Source: Rhizodiscina lignyota
Lineage: Eukaryota
NCBI GenBank assembly: GCA_010015805.1
Contig: ML978128.1
Coordinates: 1,054,001 to 1,118,000 of the forward strand
Reading direction: 5' to 3'
Length of the DNA: 64,000 bases
In this document: piece after piece, positions 59,773-64,000 of the stretch
Layout: the number at the start of each line of letters is the position of its first letter
How positions within the stretch are numbered: the first letter of the stretch is position 1
The notes under the pieces: model-generated
The model's database searches: none
The model's input: the letters and a program-made list of their open reading frames with translations, nothing else
Told to the model about the DNA's origin: nothing
Made by a program: the position numbers and the translations under genes

Positions 59773-61341
59773 ATGGCAGACTCAGACGGGGAATATCATC
59801 TTTCGGATGATGAGATGCAGATAGATGGTGAAGAGCGAGGTTACGGCACTCGCGGTGCGAGGAGGCGGAGAGCAGGTGGCCGTGTTGGCGGAGGAGGGAG
59901 GGAACGACAGGCGTGGGAGATGACCATGGAAGAGAGGGGAGAGGGAGTACCATTGTTGAAAGAGGGCGCAGATGGAAGGATAACGGGGAGTTTGGAGCGG
60001 GTGATTGAGGGGAGAAAGAGGAAAAGGTATGCGTTTCACCGTCGCGAGTCCGTCGAGGCTCCGTTGCCCGCGTCGACAGCATGCGGATTGAAGCTATTTG
60101 ATCTGGTCTTATGCTGAAAGTATATCTGTAATAGACTACGGCAAGACACCCAGCCCTTCCAGCGCGGCATCATCCGCCACCTCCTCCTCATCCTCGACCT
60201 CTCCTCCGCCATGTTCGAGAAGGACTTCCGCCCAAACCGCTTCCTCGCCACCCTCGCCTACGCCACGCAGTACATCCGCGAGTTCTTCGAGCAGAACCCC
60301 ATCTCGCAGCTGTCGGTGCTGGGCATGCACGACGGCATCTGCATCCGCGTGTCCGAGCTGAGCGGCAACCCGAACGACCACATCGCCGCCATCCAGGCGC
60401 TGCGCCCGGCCTCAGCAGGCGGCGCGGGGAAGAAGGGCGATCCGGGCAAGGAGCCGAGCGGGAGCCCGTCGCTGCAGAATGCGCTGGAGATGGCGAGGGC
60501 GGCGCTGTATCATACCCCCTCTCACGGCACCAGGGAGGTCATCATCATCCTGGGCGCCCTGCTCTCCCTCGACCCGGGCGACATCCACCAAACGATACGC
60601 GCGTGTGCGCGCGACCGCCTGCGCGTCGGCATCATCGGGCTGTCGGGGCGGCTGAAGATCTGCCAGGAGATCGTGGCGCGCACGAACGCAGGCGACGACA
60701 GCGGGTACACGGTCGCGCTGGACCAGCAGCACTTCCGCGAGCTGCTGATGGCGACGACCACGCCGCCCGTCATGCGCTCCGAGATCCCGCCGACGGCAAC
60801 AGACATTGCGAACGGCGTGACGAGCACGGGAAACCCGGCGAGCCTGCTGCAGATGAGCTTCCCGAGCCGCTTCATCGAGACGAGCCCGACGCTGTGCGCG
60901 TGCCATGGCCACCTGACGCGCGGCGGCTATGCGTGCAGTCGGTGTAAGGCGAAGGTGTGCAGTCTGCCCGCGACGTGTCCGAGCTGTCGGATGACGCTGA
61001 TTCTGTCGACGCATTTGGCGCGGAGCTATCACCACTTGTTCCCGTTGAGGAACTGGAAGGAAGTGAGCTGGCGGGAGGCGAAGAGGAAAGGGTCGGTGCA
61101 GTGCAAGGGGTGCTTGAGTCCGTTTCCGAGCTGGGAGGGACATGTTGAGGATGATGGTGTGCAGAATGGGGCGGATGGGGGGAAGGGACGGAAGAATGAA
61201 GAAGAGGGGGGCGCGAGTGAGAGCAGCAGGTATCTGTGCGAGTCGTGCGGGAATCACTTCTGCATTGACTGCGACTTGTTCTGTCATGAGGTGGTGCATA
61301 ATTGTCCTGGGTGTTTGGGTATGGTGCACTCCGGTGGATGA
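59773..61341 (+). CDS. SSL1: TFIIH subunit Ssl1/p44
   Basis: QRGIIRHL..ILDLS, EFFEQNPISQL, PSLQNALE, CACH, LILSTHLARSYHHLFPL, FCIDCDLFCHE..CPGC; intron 60027-60134. Confidence 0.95.
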
Positions 61342-61632
61342 TACAGGCTCCCAAAGGACCGAAGGATATGAGATACCTTCAGGGCCAATACCATGTCTTC
61401 GAAGGTAAGGGATGCAACGAAAACGCTATCTATGCATTTGCAGCTCGAAAACACTGCCACAGGAAATATTGCGCCGTCTCGAGCAAAGGCAATTTGAGAT
61501 TCGCTTTATTTGCATGGTATCCACGATTGGACACAGCCGTGGCAGAATATAATACCCAGAGACTCCGAATGTAAAGGAGACCTGTTCGAAACTACGCTGT
61601 CCAAAAACTGTTCAGAAATCCACTTTCGGTGC

Positions 61633-63226
61633 TCATGACTTGAAGATCTTCTCCAATGCCTCCAGCAAGATATCCGCTATAAGAAGTGTCAGTCAAAGTT
61701 CTTGGTCTTGATATATGGAGGACATGAAACTCACCGTGATGTTGCTGGAAGATCAGCATCGGCCTCAGCCGCACTGCCGAGTCACCGCATCCACCAATGT
61801 TAATGCCGACTGTCTTGCCTTTCTTCAGCACCTCGTCTCTCCGCGGGCTATCCCACGCGATGAACGTGCCCTGTCCCTTTCCTCTCAGATTCTTAATCTC
61901 GCCCGGGTACTTCTGCGCCAGACCCTCCAAGTTGGTAAACAGATAGTCACCCATAGCCGCAGTATTCTCAACGAGGTTCAGCCTCTCAATCTCCTGGACG
62001 ATCGCGCGGAACAAGATGGCACGCGCCGGGTCGCCCATCCACGTGTTGAACTGCCTGTACGGCTTGTTCGGCCTCAGCTCCTCGTTGCCGTAATAGTATC
62101 CCGCGGCCTGCGCCTTCTTGCTGAACGTCACAATGTCGGGCGGGGCGTCGAGGTTCCAGTGCTCGTGCGCCCAGAACTTGCCGGTCGCGCCGACGCCCGT
62201 CTGCACCTCGTCGACGATCATGAGGATGTCGTGCTTCTTCGTCAGGTCGCGCAGGCCCTGGAAGAAGGCGGGCGAGGCGTGGTTGTCGCCGCCCTCGGAC
62301 TGGATGGGCTCGACGATGATGGCGGCGGGTGGGGCGTGCCACTCCTTGATCAGGCGCTCCGTCTCGTCGAGGCAGCGCTGCTCTTCGGCGGCGTTCTCAG
62401 ACGCGTGCTCTTCGAGTGGGTACTTGAGCATTGGGAAGGGCGCCTGGGGCCAGTCGAAGGCGGGAATGTCGAGCTTGTGGATGGGCTTGGAGCGGGTGGT
62501 GGAGAGACTGCCGAAGAGACGGCCGTGGAAGGCGGTTTTGAAGGAGAGGATGGAAAGCTCGGGCGAACCTGGCAGTGCGTTGTTCATAGCAGAGTTCATT
62601 TCCTCCTGGGTGAACTCGACATCCGCACCACGCTGTTGGCGCCGCTTCCACATGAAGGCAGCCTTATAGGCGAGCTCGTTGGCATCACTACCAGTTGTGC
62701 CGGTGAAGACTTGGTTCAGACCCTTTGGCGCGACGGACAGGATGCCAGTAGTGAGGATCTCAGCCCAGTCATTGCTAGGGAAGTTACCCAACGCAGGACG
62801 ATTGACGATGTGTGAAGCCATCTCCGGGCTAGTAGCTGCCAGCAGCAATGTAGGGTTGTTATATCCAACTGGAATTGAGGCAATCTGGGCATAGACATCG
62901 AGCAGGACGTTGCCGTCAGGGTCTGCGATGTAGTTGCCGTATGACTTGCGGTAGTCGGCCATCATATTCAAGCTCCTTGTGTCAAACACCTTGTTCAGCT
63001 GCTCGATTGCCGCCTGGCTCTTTGGCCCAGGGATGGCAGTAGCAACGGTAGGGCCCGCAGCCTCGTCCGGGAAGAAGGCTGTCTCAGTCATGCCTCCGTT
63101 TGAAGTCTTTGTTGCGGCGGCGGCGGATGCGTATGGGCGGGTGTGACGAGCAATTGAGGCGGTTCGGAGGCTTCTCATAGAAGCATTGCGGGCTGAAGAG
63201 CCCAGGACACGGAATGCGGACGTCAT
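61633..63226 (-). CDS. gatA: 4-aminobutyrate (GABA) aminotransferase, mitochondrial presequence
   Basis: LDVYAQIASIPVGYN, FHGRLFGSLS, EPIQSEGGD, DEVQTG, PLP lysine in TFSKK; intron 61734-61677. Confidence 0.95.
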
Positions 63227-64000
63227 TTTGGATGTCGTACTAGTGACTTGGAGGATGTGAGTGGGTGGTCGACAGAGGTATGCTGCAGGGTGAGTGGAGA
63301 GAGGGGTAGCTTGATATCAATGGAGCTCCAGCTCCAATGGCAAGCCTGTGTCTTTGAAGCTGCAGCACGTGTGGCTTTGACGTGGAAAGAATCGCTGAAG
63401 CAATTGAAAGAAGCAATTGAGGCTGAGAAGTGAGCTTTAAGAGAAACGACAGGCCGATGTCATGGTGAGGGGCACGAGCGCACATCTCCGCCAGGGTTTC
63501 GAGCTTGCTCGCGGTTGACTCGGCCAAAGCTTAGCGTCATCTAAGCCAGAACGAGTCAATGCATGCGAAGGCAAATTAATTTTGATATCTTTTCACTCCG
63601 AGCTCCTACTCCGTGATAAGTGCTTCGTTCATGTTATAGCTATATTGACTCCGGAGTCGAGGCAATTGGCACGAAGCTGCAGAATTTCTGAGTTCCACGC
63701 ACTGGCCCGGAGTCACGCCATGTGCCACCATGACGGTTGAGATAGTTAGGAATCACTTTTACAGTTTGACAACTGCCTCCTCAAACCTGGTCATTTTGTA
63801 ATATATGTGACTTCTGTAAGTTATCGCCCAGCTTCTGAAGCACAATGAGATCTCGGCGGCTCTACGAACTCCCAAAGGCCGCGACGGCTCTCAGTTCAAA
63901 TTATGAGCTAGTTGGAAGTTTCTTAATTTCGGTGGACAGTCTCTAAGGAGGCAACATATGACAAGAGATGTGTCTCCTTACATTCGGTAACTGTCCTTAG

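Noticed and set aside
60412..62815. Long antisense ORFs (305 aa, 366 aa) over SSL1 and the GABA transaminase
   Set aside because: Shadow ORFs caused by high GC3 codon bias of the real genes.
1..64000. CRISPR arrays, tRNA/rRNA genes, intact transposons, TGA-CTA readthrough PTS1 extensions
   Set aside because: None seen by eye; the only regular repeats are intragenic or two-copy. Small ncRNAs could be missed without covariance-model searches.

Overview
Eukaryotic, intron-rich genomic DNA from a filamentous ascomycete (Pezizomycotina; Dothideomycete-like is my inference only). It is a gene-dense chromosomal segment with about 27 protein-coding genes, which I reconstructed by hand across short GT-AG introns with CTRAY branch sites. 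Housekeeping genes: PER1, QCR2, RPC82, NTF2, TVP18, AIM21, NCA2, CHS7, SSL1 and GABA transaminase. Accessory genes: FMO, BTB protein, two divergent Zn2Cys6-TF/target pairs (SDR; MFS), a GRE2-like reductase, GNAT, two RBR E3 ligases, a peroxisomal acyl-CoA dehydrogenase, a Mad1-like CFEM adhesin, tannase and GT90. I saw no rRNA, tRNA, CRISPR array or intact transposon. The most notable signals are: (i) a small spliced gene with a strong start codon and a single in-frame TAG at codon 15, flanked by an 8-bp direct repeat (candidate A-to-I-restored or readthrough gene); (ii) eight CCACGG/CCGTGG sites, a palindrome and a 56-bp duplication in the TF-SDR promoter; (iii) a nested dyad element in the TF-MFS promoter; (iv) a multi-hairpin intron in TVP18; (v) two GC-AG introns and an 8-nt microexon. 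Product calls rest on motif recognition, not database searches.
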